NCBI GenBank assembly: GCA_963575745.1
Contig: CAUYUJ010000081.1
Location: 124,001-188,000 of the forward strand
Direction of reading: 5' to 3'
Source of the DNA: Prorocentrum cordatum
Taxonomy: Eukaryota
Length of the DNA stretch: 64,000 nucleotides
Below the pieces are notes generated by a model, which made no database searches, was not told the origin of the DNA, and saw nothing but the letters and a program-made list of their open reading frames with translations. How positions within the stretch are numbered: position 1 is the first letter of the stretch; each line of letters opens with the position of its first letter. The position numbers and the translations under genes are program-made. Below, one piece after another: positions 49,270 through 62,099 of this stretch.

Positions 49270-50300
49270 CGACCCAAGAGGGCCCCGAGATTGGCCAAGA
49301 GGGCCCCGAGAGGTTTCCGAGGATTGTCCAAGACGCCCCCGAGTCGCCGACATATCGCCCCAAGACGCCCAACATGGCCCCACGACTGCCGAAGAGGCCT
49401 CCAAGACCCAAGATGCCGCCCACGAGGGCCCAACAGGCACCAGTCGTTGATGTTCATTGGTTTCTTCTATGTTGGTTCCCTCATCGCCGTTTCGGCTTTC
49501 CGACGCTCCAAGGCGGCCCAAGAGCCCCCCAAGATCGTTACACGGCGGCCCACGATGCCCCCAAGGCGTCCCCACGACGGCCCCAAAGGGCACCAAGGAC
49601 CAAGACGGTCCAAGAGCCGCCCAGGACGACCCAAGGGGCCCCCAAGACAGGCGGAATGAGGGTCTCGGAGTGTGACCAGCAACTGGAAACCTTAGCTTTC
49701 CGCCCCAAGACGCCTTCCAGGAGGCCCCAAGGGGCCCCAAGGAGGCCCCAGGAGGCTTCCGAACGGCCTTGGGGACGCCCCAAGCAAGAGGCCTAACAGA
49801 TGTCCCAAGACGCTCCAACATGACCCCCAAGAGGCCCCACACTTGCCTACCAGAGGCCCCCCGAGAGGCCAGCCACGAGATCCCAACTACCGTCCATGCG
49901 GTCTCTGGCCCTCCCCCAGGCACACGTACCACATGAGGCATACAACGGACATGTGACATGCTTCAAGTGGTACCGAAACAGCATACCGCCGCCATGCTTC
50001 AATTGGAATTTGTTGGGTACCATTTGAGGCATACCGACGGCATGCCTGGTACGTGAGTGGTACCGCTTGGCGCATACAACGGGCATGCCTCAAGTGGTAC
50101 GCGTTCGGTGCCGCTTCATGCATACTGCCGACATGCCTCAAGTGGTATCTGCTTGGTACCATTTGAGGCATGCGCCCGACAGGCCTCACGTGCATGCACA
50201 CAGCGGGCATGCGGCATGCCTCAAGTGAGATTTGTTCGATACCATTTGAGGCGTACCCCCGACATGCCTCGAGTGGTACTTGTTCGGCACCCCTTGGGCA
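49270..50300 (+). repeat. CCAAGA-type repeat followed by a GCATGCCTCAAGTGGTAC-type minisatellite
   Basis: CCAAGA units at 49270-49880. CATGCCTCAAGTGGTAC and CCATTTGAGGCAT units at 49925-50300. Confidence 0.8.
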
Positions 50301-51699
50301 TACAGACGGCATCGGCCCCAGACCGACCACCCAAGCACGGTGGCGGGATGTGCCGAAGGCCAGTCAGATATCGAACATGACGTGAGCCCCCTGCTTCTGT
50401 GACGCCTTCTTCGCCGTCGCCTTCCTCCGTTTCCTCCTCTTCGTACCTGTGTCGTCGCCGTCGTCTGAGCTGCGCTGTTCGTCCTTTGCGTTGGCACCTT
50501 TCTCATCATCGTCGGCACTCGCAAGTGTCTTCCAGTACTCCTGGATCTTCCCGTGGGAGATCGCGAGATCCTTGGCGTCCAACGTCGCAAGTGCAGCAAC
50601 AATGCTATTGCCATCGATGAAGGTCTGGACAAAGACAGCGTGGGCGTGCACGGCGGACAGGTCGGGGGCCAGGTCCCGATCTATAGCCTTGAGGAACGCC
50701 CTGATGACGTTGAATGGCTTCAGGGTGGCAACTAACTCGGACGACTTGCGGGTATCGAGGTAAGCTTTCAGGCCCTTATGCAACAGAATGAGTGCGGCGG
50801 CGCGACTGGCGAGCTGCTTGTAGGCAATCTCAAACTCGAGGTCGACCCCGCCGACGCAGTCGCCCTCGTAGTCCGTGAGGCGGCGCATGAGAGATTGCAT
50901 GGTGCTTGGGATGTAGGCGTCGAACCACTCCATCGTGGCCAGTCGAACGCAATGGACGTCATTGAGCGTGCCCCGTATCCGACTCAAACCACCACACACG
51001 ACGCCGCTCGGCAACTTCGCATCGATGGACCACCTGTGAATTGTCGAGCCATCATCATCGACACCGCCGAGGGCCTGCTCCCGCTGGATCACGCTGTCGT
51101 CGGTGTCCCGCGGGCGTGCGATCGAGATGCCTGACTCCAACGCCTCCTGGAGGTCGATTGCAGCTTTCCTGCTGAGCCGTCCTTGCCGCTGGGGCTGCAC
51201 CGCGTCCGCTACGGCGCATGCGTCACCCCTCGAAGAAGCAGACGGCGACTGCCTCTTCTCGGCCTTCGGGCGCTTGCAAGCGCTGGGAGGCGGGGACGCC
51301 GCGGGCGTCCTGGGTGGAATCACATCCGACAGATGCACGGCTGACTTGCAAGGCATCGGCGTGGGCGGCTCACTCTTCATCTCAACCTGCTCTGCCACCG
51401 AGGAACCAGCATCGGCCTCATTCAACCATAATGCATCCTCCACGCCGAAACCGCCAATCGCTGACTGGCTCTCCGTTTTGTCATCGCACATGCCGAGCAG
51501 AACTACAATTGGCGGACAACGCCCGGTCAAGCGTCACTATGCAAGAACTTCTCGAGCCTCGATTGCATCAGTTGGACTTCCATCAACGCTGAGAACGTCG
51601 GCTCTCGCTCTTGGACCCCCAGCTATTACATACTCATTCGACTCTCATCGCCATTGCCATCCGACTCATCATCATTAGCCCCAAGCTTTAGCGACGTCA

Positions 51700-51860
51700 A
51701 CCCAAACATATGCAGCTTGGACCCCAACCAGTAGCATCATGGACCCCCAAACAAATATAGCGTGGACCCCAAACAGTAGCAACATAGACCATCGACCCCA
51801 AACAGTAGCGCATGGACCCCACACAGTACAGCACAATCCAATACAGCGCGACCCAGGCAA
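51700..51860 (+). repeat. GACCCCAAACAGTAGC minisatellite (second array at ~54790-55110)
   Basis: Repeated GACCCCAAAC units at both loci. Confidence 0.75.
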
Positions 51861-52499
51861 ACTCCGGTTTAAGTGCAGTGATGGCGTGCATTGTGTTATG
51901 GCGTTGGTAATGCGCATGATTATGGCACTGGTGACGGTGATGGTGATAGACCCGAAGAGGGAGCCTTCGCCACCAACACGGTCACGCTTGAACTTGCCAT
52001 TCTGGCTCAAACATGTGACTGTGTGGCTAAGATCACCTGCATCCTGCTCAGGCATCCGTGGGGCGGGTTCTCTCCTCCTCGGGAGGGAGGCACCTTTAGG
52101 CCATCTTCGAAAGAGCCCTTAGTGAGCTCCGAGGGAAAACCAAGCAGGCGTCAAGCTGGCCCGAACAAGGCACCCAGAGGGTTAACAACAACCGCGCCGA
52201 GTTGCGGCGACCTATTAGCAACAACACGTGCTGTGCCAGGCTCGCCCCCGCCGCGGGGGCGCCCACCGTCGCCGCCGCGCGAAGATGATGAGAGCGAGCT
52301 TGGCACGGCACGTTTCGTTGCTAATAGGCGGCCGCTCAGGGCGACGGCATATTGGCAAAGACCTTTGAGAATGATATGAATAACATCCGCCACCGTGCCT
52401 CGCACGTTGGGGCGTGTTAGAAGTTAGACTGTTTTCTGTTTCCTTCTGTGATGGCTTTTACATATTTTCTAGGCCCCCCCCGCCCCCCACCGCGCGCGC

Positions 52500-53207
52500 C
52501 GTGGGGTGTCGGTTTGGCTGATCTTTGGGGGGGTGCTTGTGGTGGCGGATCTTCGGGTGTGTTTGTTTTGGCTGATCGTTGGGGGTGTTCGTTACGCGGC
52601 GGATGGCGGATCCTTGGGGGTGATCGGTTTGGCAGGGCTTTGGGAGTGTTCGTGTTGGGTGATCGTTGGGGGTGCTCGTGTTGGCGGATCTTTGGGGGTG
52701 CTTGGCTTGGCAGATCGTTGGAGGTGCTCGTTCCGCGGCGGATGTCTGATCCTTGAGAGTGCTCGTTTTAGCTGATACGTGGGGGTGCTCGTTTTGGCGG
52801 GTCCCTGGGGGTGCTCGTTTTGGCGGGTCGATGGGGGTGTTTGTTTTGGCTGATCTTTGAGGTCCTCGTTCCGTGGCGGATGGCTGATATTTGGGAGGTG
52901 CTCGGTTTGGAGGATGTGTGGTGGTGCTCGTTGTGGTTGGCCGTTGATGGTGTTTGTAGTGGCGGGTCGTTGAGGGTGCTCTTTCCGTGGGGGGTGGCGG
53001 ACCCTTGGGGGTGCTCGTTTTGGCGGGTCGTTGGGGGTGCTCTTGATGGTGGATGGTTGGGGGTGCGCGTTCGGTAGCGCGCTCGGTTTGGCTGATATGG
53101 TTGGGGTGCTCGTGTTGGGATCTTTGGGGGTGTTTGTTTTCGTGGATCTCTGGGGGTGCTCGTTCCGCGGCGGGTGGCGGATCCGTGTGGGGGGGGGGAG
53201 GGGGGGT

Positions 53208-53239
<32 letters not shown>

Positions 53240-53349
53240 GGGAGGGGGGAGGGGGGGGGGGGAGGTTGGGGGGGGGGGGGGGGGGGGTGGGGGGGGGGTG
53301 GGTGGGGGGGGGGGGGTTGGGGGTGGGTGGGGGGGTGGGGGGGGGGGAT

Positions 53350-53384
<35 letters not shown>

Positions 53385-53460
53385 CGCTCGGTGTGGCGGG
53401 TTTTTGGAGGCGCTCGTTTGGTTGATCTTTGGGGGTGTTCGTTCTGCGGCGGATCACAGG
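52500..53460 (+). repeat. GGGGGTGCTCGTTTTGGCGGATC-type minisatellite with an embedded ~200-bp poly-G tract (about 53187-53384)
   Basis: Direct reading. Confidence 0.85.
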
Positions 53461-55617
53461 CAGGTAGGAGGAGGAGGAGGAGGAGGAGGAGGAGGACAAT
53501 CACGTGCTCAACCGAGCCTGCGCTGAACGCTGAACGATCCCCAAACAGCCCACCCAATCTAATTGGCCGCAAACGACTGCTGTGCCAGCAGCGGCAATGG
53601 CGAGAAGCTCGGAACTGGAACGTGAGCACGCGTCCTGCCCTCGTCCCACCCCTGACCCTAATCGTTAAATGCTATATACGACGATCGTGCTCGCGATGCT
53701 CATCGTCCGCCGCCTTCCCACCTCCCCATGCCGCAGAAAAAAAAGCAGGCGACGCTGGTACCCAGCATGCAGCTGAGTTGCTAACTAAACTCCGCGAGCA
53801 GAGACGCCGCGCCCCTTAGCTGATGGCCGACCATTCTGAAGGGGCATTCGGAAGACTCTTGCTGCTGATTCGCCTCGGGTGCATTCCCGAGCAATGTCCA
53901 GCGGCGCTTCTTAGGCAAAGGCAAAGGCGACGGGCTCTTCGGATCGCACGGCAGATCGCCACCGTCCGCAAACCGAGCCAAAATCATGTCGCTGCACCCT
54001 TCCTTCGACGGGGCCGCGCCTGAGCTCGAAAACTTGATCGGTGTCTCAAGCCGTTCAGCCGAACACGAAGGAGGAATTGTGAGGAATCTGAAGCCTTCAC
54101 GCGTCTCCTTGACAGGGCTGTCCTCTACCTGCACGACATCGTCACCAGGTTCTGACAGGGCCGCTGCGGCGAATCAGATCGTTCGCTATCAGTCTTAGCA
54201 CACTCCTCATGCAGCCGCTGGGCAGGCTCGGGACGATACTCAGGCTCCTTCGCAACGGGACGAGAAAAACACAGATTCGCATCGAATCGCAACGGTCCTA
54301 CTTGAGGAAGGGTCGGGACGTCAGGCCCAGCAGGGTCAAGGCGGCCTGCAGTCACGAGTTCCGAATACCTCGAACTGCTCTCGACGCTGTTGTCGACTCT
54401 CCCAGTCCAGCCCGATTCCACGATTGCAGAGGGCACTTCCATAGGAACGTGTTCTGGCTCATCAACCTTTCCTCCGACAAGCAATAGCGTTGCTGGAATC
54501 TCGATGTCGATGCGCTTCTCGAATCCAACGGGCTGGTCTGGAAGAGTGGCCACGAGCTGAAGGCTCCCAACAAGCTCAAAGCCCATCGAAGAAGATGCCA
54601 TGCGCGAGTTTAGGCAAGCTAGATGGACAATGCAATGCCGAATAACTGACACAACACGCCCACATCTAAGCCGTAAACATGGGCTACGAGTTGGGAGATC
54701 AGTTGCGAAACCATTAGGGTACCAGGTACTTCGTTGCCAGGCCACCCTGCACATCATTAAACCTAGTTCGGTTTGGTCGCACGGGCCCTAAACAGACCCC
54801 AGACATTGCCAGCATTGAACCCAACCAGTACCAGCGGCGACCCCAAACAGTATTAGCGTGAACGCCACATTGGAGAAGCAATGGCCCCAAACAGTATGAG
54901 TATCAAATGCAAGAGTGGACCCCAAACAGTAGCAGCGTGACCTTAAGCAGTAACGGCGCGAACACCGTGCTGGAACAGCATTGACCCCAAACGCTATGAG
55001 TATAAAGTGCCAGTGACAACCCCAAACACTAGCAGCGTGGACCACCAAGTAAGAGCAGCGACGAAACCGTTCGGACCACCAAGTAAGAGCGGCGCCGAAA
55101 CAATTCACCCGAAACGATTGACCTCAAATATTGCGAACCCCAGACAGTGGGCATCACACAATGCACATCAACTCTGGGCGGCGGACGGCAGCTAGCAAAA
55201 CAGAACCCATCTCCTCAATACTCCTCGCTCCTCGGCCTCTCCTCGCCCCCTCGCTCCCACGCCCTCCTAGGCTCACACAGCGAAAGAACATTCTCGCTCG
55301 GGCTTCATCAAACACTTAAACAGCTCGTCTGAGCTCAAACCGATGCCTCCTGTGAAGCTGCCAGGTGGCTGGGCGGCGCTGCAACGAGCCTGGAGCGGAT
55401 GCCGTCAGCATTATGCGAGGCACTTCGCATGAGGAGCAAGGCGGAGCAGATAGAACGACGTGACACGATTGAGAAACATGAACATGACATGCTATGGTAG
55501 CATGCTTTAGTTGAGGAGGCGCCGAGGAGGACACGACTGAAGATGATTGGGGAAGGCTGAACCGCATCCGCGAGCCAACAGCTCGACAAAACATTGCCAC
55601 CGCCTACACCATCCAGC

Positions 55618-56424
55618 TCACTCGCTCTCTGAAGACGAGGTCTCCTCATCTGGATCTGCGGCGCCCTGCGCCACCTCCGCGTCGGGCTGCTCACATGAAA
55701 TCGTGCTGATATCCTGGTGCGCAATCGCCTTGACGCGCAAGTGGGCGCTCTTGCTTGGGATCGTGCACTCCCTGCCGCGGATCTGGGATGCCGTTGCTAT
55801 CAGCTATCACGCGACCTCCTCCCCCTCCTCCTCTTCTTCCTCCACATCCTCCTTATCCTCCTTCTCCTCCTCATCATCATCATCATCATCATCCGCGCCT
55901 CACCCTCCTCCTCGCCCAGAAACTTTAAACGTGCGATCCTTCACCGTTTTCTGCGGCGAAGAGAGCACGTGCTTCGCCCTGAGCTTCACGATCCCAGGGA
56001 TGATGATCCCACCGCGGGTGGTGATCTCCCTGATGGTCACCACCCGAAGCGCCGACATGACGCGCGCCACGTCTTCAGCAGTCACATGGTGGAGACAGAA
56101 GGTGGAAAACAACAAACAGGGGACCTGCCAGTCGTATCACCATACTTCGAGCTGAAGTTCGAAGTGTGATGATGCGGCTGGCAGGCAATACCTACAGCAG
56201 CAGCTGCAACTAGGCGTGGGGCGTGGGCACTGTTGCACTCCCTCTGGCACCTTGGCCATGCGCTCGCCAGGTGCTGCCCAAACGGTAGCAGTCTCCTCGC
56301 TGATCGCCGACGTCAGCTGGTGGCGAGGCATCACCCACCGATGCATAGGAAGTGGCCTCGCTGGCGCCGCTGCTGCTGGAGCTGGCGCCGCGTCCGCCGC
56401 AGCCGCTGCAGCTGGCGCCGCCAT
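55618..56424 (-). CDS. Dinoflagellate histone-like protein (bacterial HU-derived, HCc/HLP family); 3 exons: 56424-56284, 56085-55939, 55782-55618; 150 aa
   Basis: Spliced product reads ...MPRHQLTSAISEETAT|VTAEDVARVMSALRVVTIREITTRGGIIIPGIVKLRAKHVLSSPQKTVK|IRGRECTIPSKSAHLRVKAIAHQDI..., matching the HU/HCc pattern. Exons are 141, 147 and 165 nt, all phase 0, ending in TGA. Confidence 0.8.
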
Positions 56425-56750
56425 CGTGGAGCGTAAAACGTGGTGAAGCGTGAAGCAGTCAACCGAAGCTCCCTGGAGCACCTGCGAAAGGAAAGCTCGA
56501 GCCTGGGAGCTCTGGCAGGCCAGGACCACCTTGTCATAAGTCATAAGTATCCTCTTTTCGAGTTCTCACTCCTTCACCCCTCCATCCCTCCCCCCTTTCC
56601 CTCACGGGCCCAACATCAAGACTGTGCACTGCACGCGGCATTACAACATGACAAACGCATGCGACCATGACATGGCATGCACACGACCATGACATGCACA
56701 GGGTACCGCACATGACATGCCATGCACAGACAGACCAATACAGTAACACA

Positions 56751-56771
56751 TTACTACTACTACGACCATCG

Positions 56772-56818
<47 letters not shown>

Positions 56819-56865
56819 GTTGTTTCTTCTACTACTGTTATTTCTACTATACTGTTACTACTATA
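56751..56865. repeat. (CTA)n microsatellite
   Basis: Direct reading. Confidence 0.9.
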
Positions 56866-57699
56866 CCAAACATACGACAGTAAAGCCTAATTAATCGCAC
56901 GGTGAAGCCAACATGGGGACAACTACCATGGGGAAGCATGCGGGAACGAATAAACATAATGCGAGTAATAAGGGTATCTTGGGAACCATAGCAGACCGCA
57001 GGGGGGGGCGGCAATGGGACTTCACGGGGAGCAACGGGCGGCTACGAGGAATCGTCACGGAAACGCAGAAAACTCTGAGACGATATGGTAAGAGGCCCGA
57101 CCCCGCGCAAGAAGGGACGACTCGATTAGTCTGGGACACTAAGACACCAATGCGATATCGACATACAGTAAACGCACACCACTGCCCTGGTAAAGATGAT
57201 GGTGCCGACGCGCCGACCAACGCTCCGGGACGGTGGATGATGATGATGATTGACGATGCTTCGGTACGTGGCTATATTGCTGGGGAGAACGGAACACAGT
57301 TTTGAAAAACAACTCGCTCGATGCGGTAAAACGTTACGGACCCCGTGCGAAATGGCAGACGGCGGGGACAACGGCGGCGGGGGGCGACGGTAAATTGCTA
57401 CGCGTGCGACGTTACCAACGAAGGCCGATCGCGTAGTTTTGGGCCGCCCGCACAGGCGAACTCTCGTTTCCAAACAATGGCGAGGGAGGCGGGGGAGGGA
57501 GCGGCGGGGGAGCTTGCGCATATGAACAAAAAAATGCCTGGGCCCTGAGGTGCTTCGCATAATACTTACGACATATGATCGTTTCGCGCGCGCAGCGCGC
57601 GAAACGGTTTGCAATATTTACTATTCACGGTCGTTTAAGACAGAGGGGGAGGGCGCGCGTGCGTTTGTGGTGGTGGTGGTGGTGGTGGTGGGTGGGTGG

Positions 57700-58340
57700 G
57701 GGGTACTTTGCAATATTTTTGATGGCAGAAAAAAACCTTGAGTTACTTTGCAAAGTTTCGGATGGCACGGCGCGCGCAGGCGGTAAAGCTGCCTGGCAGG
57801 GGCGGAGAGAGAGGGAAAACAAGGGTGGGGTTACGGCGGGGGGGGGGGGGCAAACAATGGGGGGGATAAGGGTTTTTTTTTTTTTGGATGGCATGGGGTG
57901 GGGGGTGGGGGGGATGGGCAAGGGTTGGATTACGGCACCGAGACGGCAGCTGGCCTCGAGCGCTCACCAAAGAGGGTGGTGGAAATGGGAGGAGGCGAGC
58001 GGCACGGCCAGGGGAGACTTACAAGTAATACTAAATAGCAATTTGAGTGGGCCCTGAGGGGCACTTTCCGCGCATTACGTTTTTTACGGTTGTTTTTTTT
58101 TCTCGAACCGTGTCAGCGCGCACAGATAATAGCGCTGCGAAACTCGCTTTTGAATAAATTGCGATTTTTTTTGTTTTTTGCGATTCAACGGCCGTTTGCG
58201 GAAGAGGGGGAGGCAGCGCGTGCGCGCGCGGGGGAGGGCGTGGATACTTTGCAATGTTTACGATGGCGGAATCGGCCCTGTGTAATTTGCAAAAATTCGG
58301 ATGGCACGGCACGCAGGCGGCAACGCTGCCTTGCAGGAGT
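57700..58340 (+). repeat. Two diverged ~95-bp direct repeats (about 57704-57800 and 58245-58338)
   Basis: Both read TACTTTGCAAT...GATGGC...TTTGCAAA...TTCGGATGGCACGGC...GCAGGCGG. Confidence 0.8.
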
Positions 58341-58604
58341 GGGGGAGGGGAGGGGAGGGGAGGGGGAGGGGTAAAGTGTGGGGAAGCGGAAAATCGGATG
58401 CGCACCGCGACGACAAGCTGCCTCATGGGTACCTCAGAGGGTTGCGGAGGGGAGGAGGGCGGTGAGAGGGGGTGCTCAAGGGCGCCTCAGGAATTGGGGG
58501 AGGTGGATGGAGGGGGGAGAGGGGGGGGCGCGGCCGCGGAGCGAGGGCGGGGGCCACCTCAGAGGGGGCGAAGTGAAGGAGCCATTTCGCTCGGCAGCGC
58601 CAGA

Positions 58605-59360
58605 CCGAAGTTGCGTTCGCGAGTTGGTCCGCAAAGTTGCGTTGGTGAGTTGCGTTGGCGAGTTGCGTTGGCGAGTTGAGTTGGGCGGAGTTATTTGCGT
58701 TTTTTTGGCACGAGTTTTGCGATTTGGCGTGTTTGCGTTGGCGGCGAGTTTGCGTTTCTTGCGTTGGGGAGTTGTTTGCGTTGGTTTGGGGAGTTTGCCG
58801 TTGGCGAAGGTTTTCGTGTTGGTGTTGGCCGAGTTGCCGGTGGCGGGTTGTTTTGAGTTGGCGAGGGGCGTGTTGAGTTGGCGTGTTGAGTTTGGGCGAG
58901 TAGGTGTTGAGTTTAGTTTCGAGTTGTACTTTGGAGTAGGCGTGTTGCGTTGGTTTGGCGAGTTGTGTTGGCGTGTTTGTTTGCGTATGGAGTGTTGAGT
59001 GGTGAGTCTTTTGGTGTTGGCGTGTGTTGGTTTGGCGAGTTGAGTTGGCGAGTTGCGTTGGCGAGTTGGGTTGGCGAATTGCGTTGACGAGTTGAGTTGT
59101 GGCCTGGATGGCCTTCCCAATAGAAATCCTTTGGTGCACCCGCGCGAGTTGCGTTGGCGAGTTGCGTTGGCGAGTTGAGTTGGCGAGTTGCGTTGGCGAG
59201 TTGAGTTGGCGAGTTGCGTTGGCGAGTTGAGTTGGCGAGTTGAGTTGGTGAGTTGCGTTGGTGAGTTGAGTTGGTGAGTTGCGTTGCTGAGTTGAGTTGG
59301 TGAGTTGCGTTGACGAGTTGAGTTGGCGAGTTGCGTTCGCGCGAAGTTGCGTTGGCGCTG
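58605..59360 (+). repeat. 13-bp GAGTTG(C/A)GTTGGC satellite (short reverse-orientation copy at ~43748-43790)
   Basis: Direct reading. Confidence 0.9.
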
Positions 59361-60232
59361 CCGCTTCGCTCCACCATCCAACTTCGGGCTTCAGACTTCG
59401 CTCCGCCGTTTCGCTCGCCCCCGCCAACTTCGCTCCCTCCTCCACTTTCTACTCGCAACTTCGCTCCCCCATCCAAACTGCCGGGCGCCCAGGCGAGCGG
59501 CGAACCGACTTCGCCCCCGCCGACGCGCGTGCCCACCTTCGCTCCGCAGCCAGGCCCCTCTCACCTCGCGCCACCCCTCCGCCCCCCTCCCCCCCCTCCA
59601 CCTTCCCCGCACCCCTACGCCCCCCCCTTCACCACCCCCCGCCCCTTCCCGCCTCGCCCCACCCCCACCCCGCCCACCCAGCCACCCCTTTCCCCCCTCC
59701 CTCCCACCCGCACATCACCCCACCACAGCCCAACCCCACGGCGCGCCGCCCCCTCACCCTACCCCCCTCTCCACTCACCCACCCACCCACCCACCCACTC
59801 TTCACCCCTCCACCACCGCCACCCGCTCCATCCCGCCCTCGCGTATGTCCCAGATGACCGCGCGACGAATTACCCTGCCAAATCGACACGAACAGTCAGT
59901 CTGCATGCAACGTAAACCGTCTACCAACGTTTCGTCTCGGCGCCAAGTGGTTCTGATTCTCCAGGCCGAACGCGATCGCCAACAGGGGCTTCGCGTCGCG
60001 CCACCGATACAGAGTCCCAAACTCAGCGAGCAAGTGTGCCACGGACTACGAGCGCATCTGCAAGCCCGTTGCGCCTCGGGCAGCGCCAAGCTGGGCGGCG
60101 AGAGAGGCCACGTCGCTCGGCGGCGCGTGCTTGCGGTCTCCGAACTTTTGCGAGACGCCCCCATAGGTGAGAGCATAAACGTGATCTGCTTTTGTAGGGG
60201 GCGCGGGTCTGCCTGATTCATGATACTTTAGC

Positions 60233-60610
60233 GCCTCCTCCCTTCCTCCCCTCCTTCCTCCTCCTCCTCACCTCTCCTCCCTCCTCACTCCCTCCTCCTA
60301 CTGCACTCCTCCTCCTCCTCCTTCCTACTCCTCCTCCTCTTCCTCTGCTTCTCATTCTTTCCTCTCCTCCTCCTCCTCCTCCCCCCCCCATCATCCTCCC
60401 TTGCTTCCTCATCCCCTTCAGCCCTCTCCTCCATCCTTCCGCCTCCTCTACTCCTCACTCCTCATCCTTATCCTCCTCCTACCTCACCTCCTCATCCTCC
60501 TCCCTACACCTCCTCCTCATCCCTTTTAGTTCTCACCCTCCTAGTCATCCTCCCTTCTCCTCCTAATTCTCTCTTTTCCCTTTTCGTTCCCCCACCCCCC
60601 CCCCCTCCCG
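60233..60610. repeat. Polypyrimidine (CCT-rich) tract
   Basis: Direct reading. Confidence 0.85.
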
Positions 60611-62099
60611 CAGCGCTGGCTCGCGCTGGCAGCGAATCCCGAGAACGCACGAAACGCGAACGTACACACAGAACCAGACAATGCGCCCTCCCCCATCACC
60701 GACCTGCCCCTACCCCCCTGACCGCCGACCAATCGGCCGCGCGCCGTCGATGGCCGCCTCTGCAGCGTTGCTGCCGCCGCTGCCACAACTGCCGCCGTTG
60801 CGGGCGCGGGCGCCGCGGCCGCGGCCGCGGTTTCTGCTGCCGCCGCGGCCGCGAACGCGGTTCCCACGGACGCTGCCGCGTCTGCCGCGGCCACGGCGGG
60901 CCCAGCGCCGCCGCTGCGGTTGCCGCGCCTGCGGCAGCCTCAAAGGGCCGCCTGCGCGGATGCGTCCGCCGCTTGGTGCGCGTTCTTGCTGCCAGCGAGT
61001 CCTGCTTCCAGGATTGCGAATCTCTGGGCGTCGCCCTCGGGCCACGCCAACTCGCTCTTCGCGGCGCCGAATGGGACCCCCTCGTCGATGGGGCAGCGAG
61101 CGCGCGTTGCTGCGTCGACGGCGGCGCAGAAGGACTTGGGGCCCTCGCGGGCGCCGCCCTGCGCGAATCCGCGCGCGCTGGCTGCGCGGCGCAGCTTGCC
61201 GCCGCGACGACGGGCGCGCTCGCCCCGGGGGCGCCCCGTTCGCCCAACGCACTTCTGGGGCGGAGCCACTCGGGCCAATTGGGCAGCGTTCGTGGGGCCG
61301 CGTGCTCGAACTCGTCGCCGCGGCGCTGCGCCAGCCGAACGCGCGCGTCGCACCGCGGAAAGAAACTCGACAACGCCTCAATTGGGGCCGCCGCACCGCG
61401 GCAATGCGCCCCGAGCTCCGACGTGGCAGCTGGCCCGCAGAAGTGCAGCCAGGCCGAAACCTCAACCGAAGTCGATGAGGGTCACCTGGCCGCCGCGGGG
61501 GTCCAGCAGGAGGTCCATGGACCCTGCCCGCAGAGTGCCACCTCTGATGGCAGGGCTGGCCGCACTGGTCAAACGAATTGGTGCGTGTCAGTGCGCGAAT
61601 TGGTGGTGGCGTGTGTTGTTGTTCTGGTTTCGGTGGTGGCGACGGTCATGATGGTGGCGATGGTGGTGGTGCGCGTTGCGGCTGTGGCGTCGGCGGCGGT
61701 GGCGTTGGGTTGCTGGTCGTTTGCTCCAACGCGCCCGCCCAACATAGAACACCCTGATGACATCGAGGGACCATCGTCGGAATGGGTTGCAAGCAATGTG
61801 CGGGGAAGACGTCGGCAGCGCACGTTGGCCGCCGCCATAAAAAACGTCGCTGCGCAAGCGCTGCGCAGAGGCGACGGTGTCGAGCCTCCATCCCATCTCG
61901 CAGCGCGAAACTGCAGGTGACAAGGCCGTGGGGCGTCGAGCCTCGGCCCAACATCGCGACGCCGAACCTCGGCCCATCTCGTGGGGCCTCTGCTATTGCC
62001 TCGGCACCTTTCTCGCGAGGCCACATGAGGCGCGCGCGCGCGCGCCCTCGTGGCGCGCGCGCGCCAGAGAACGTCGACAGGTGAAACGAGGGCTGCAAA

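Larger units (their letters stand above)
44622..54601 (-). pseudogene. Large uncharacterised protein gene, split by introns/repeat insertions and frameshifts
   Basis: Protein-like, helical-looking ORFs on one strand: 44622..46112, 47149..48597, 50364..51530 and 53781..54601, separated by repeat blocks. No recognisable catalytic motif. That they form a single gene is inferred. Confidence 0.5.

Noticed and set aside
53187..53384. Poly-G tract as a functional G-quadruplex locus or Gly/Pro-rich gene
   Set aside because: It is embedded in a minisatellite and may be a sequencing artefact; there is no independent support.
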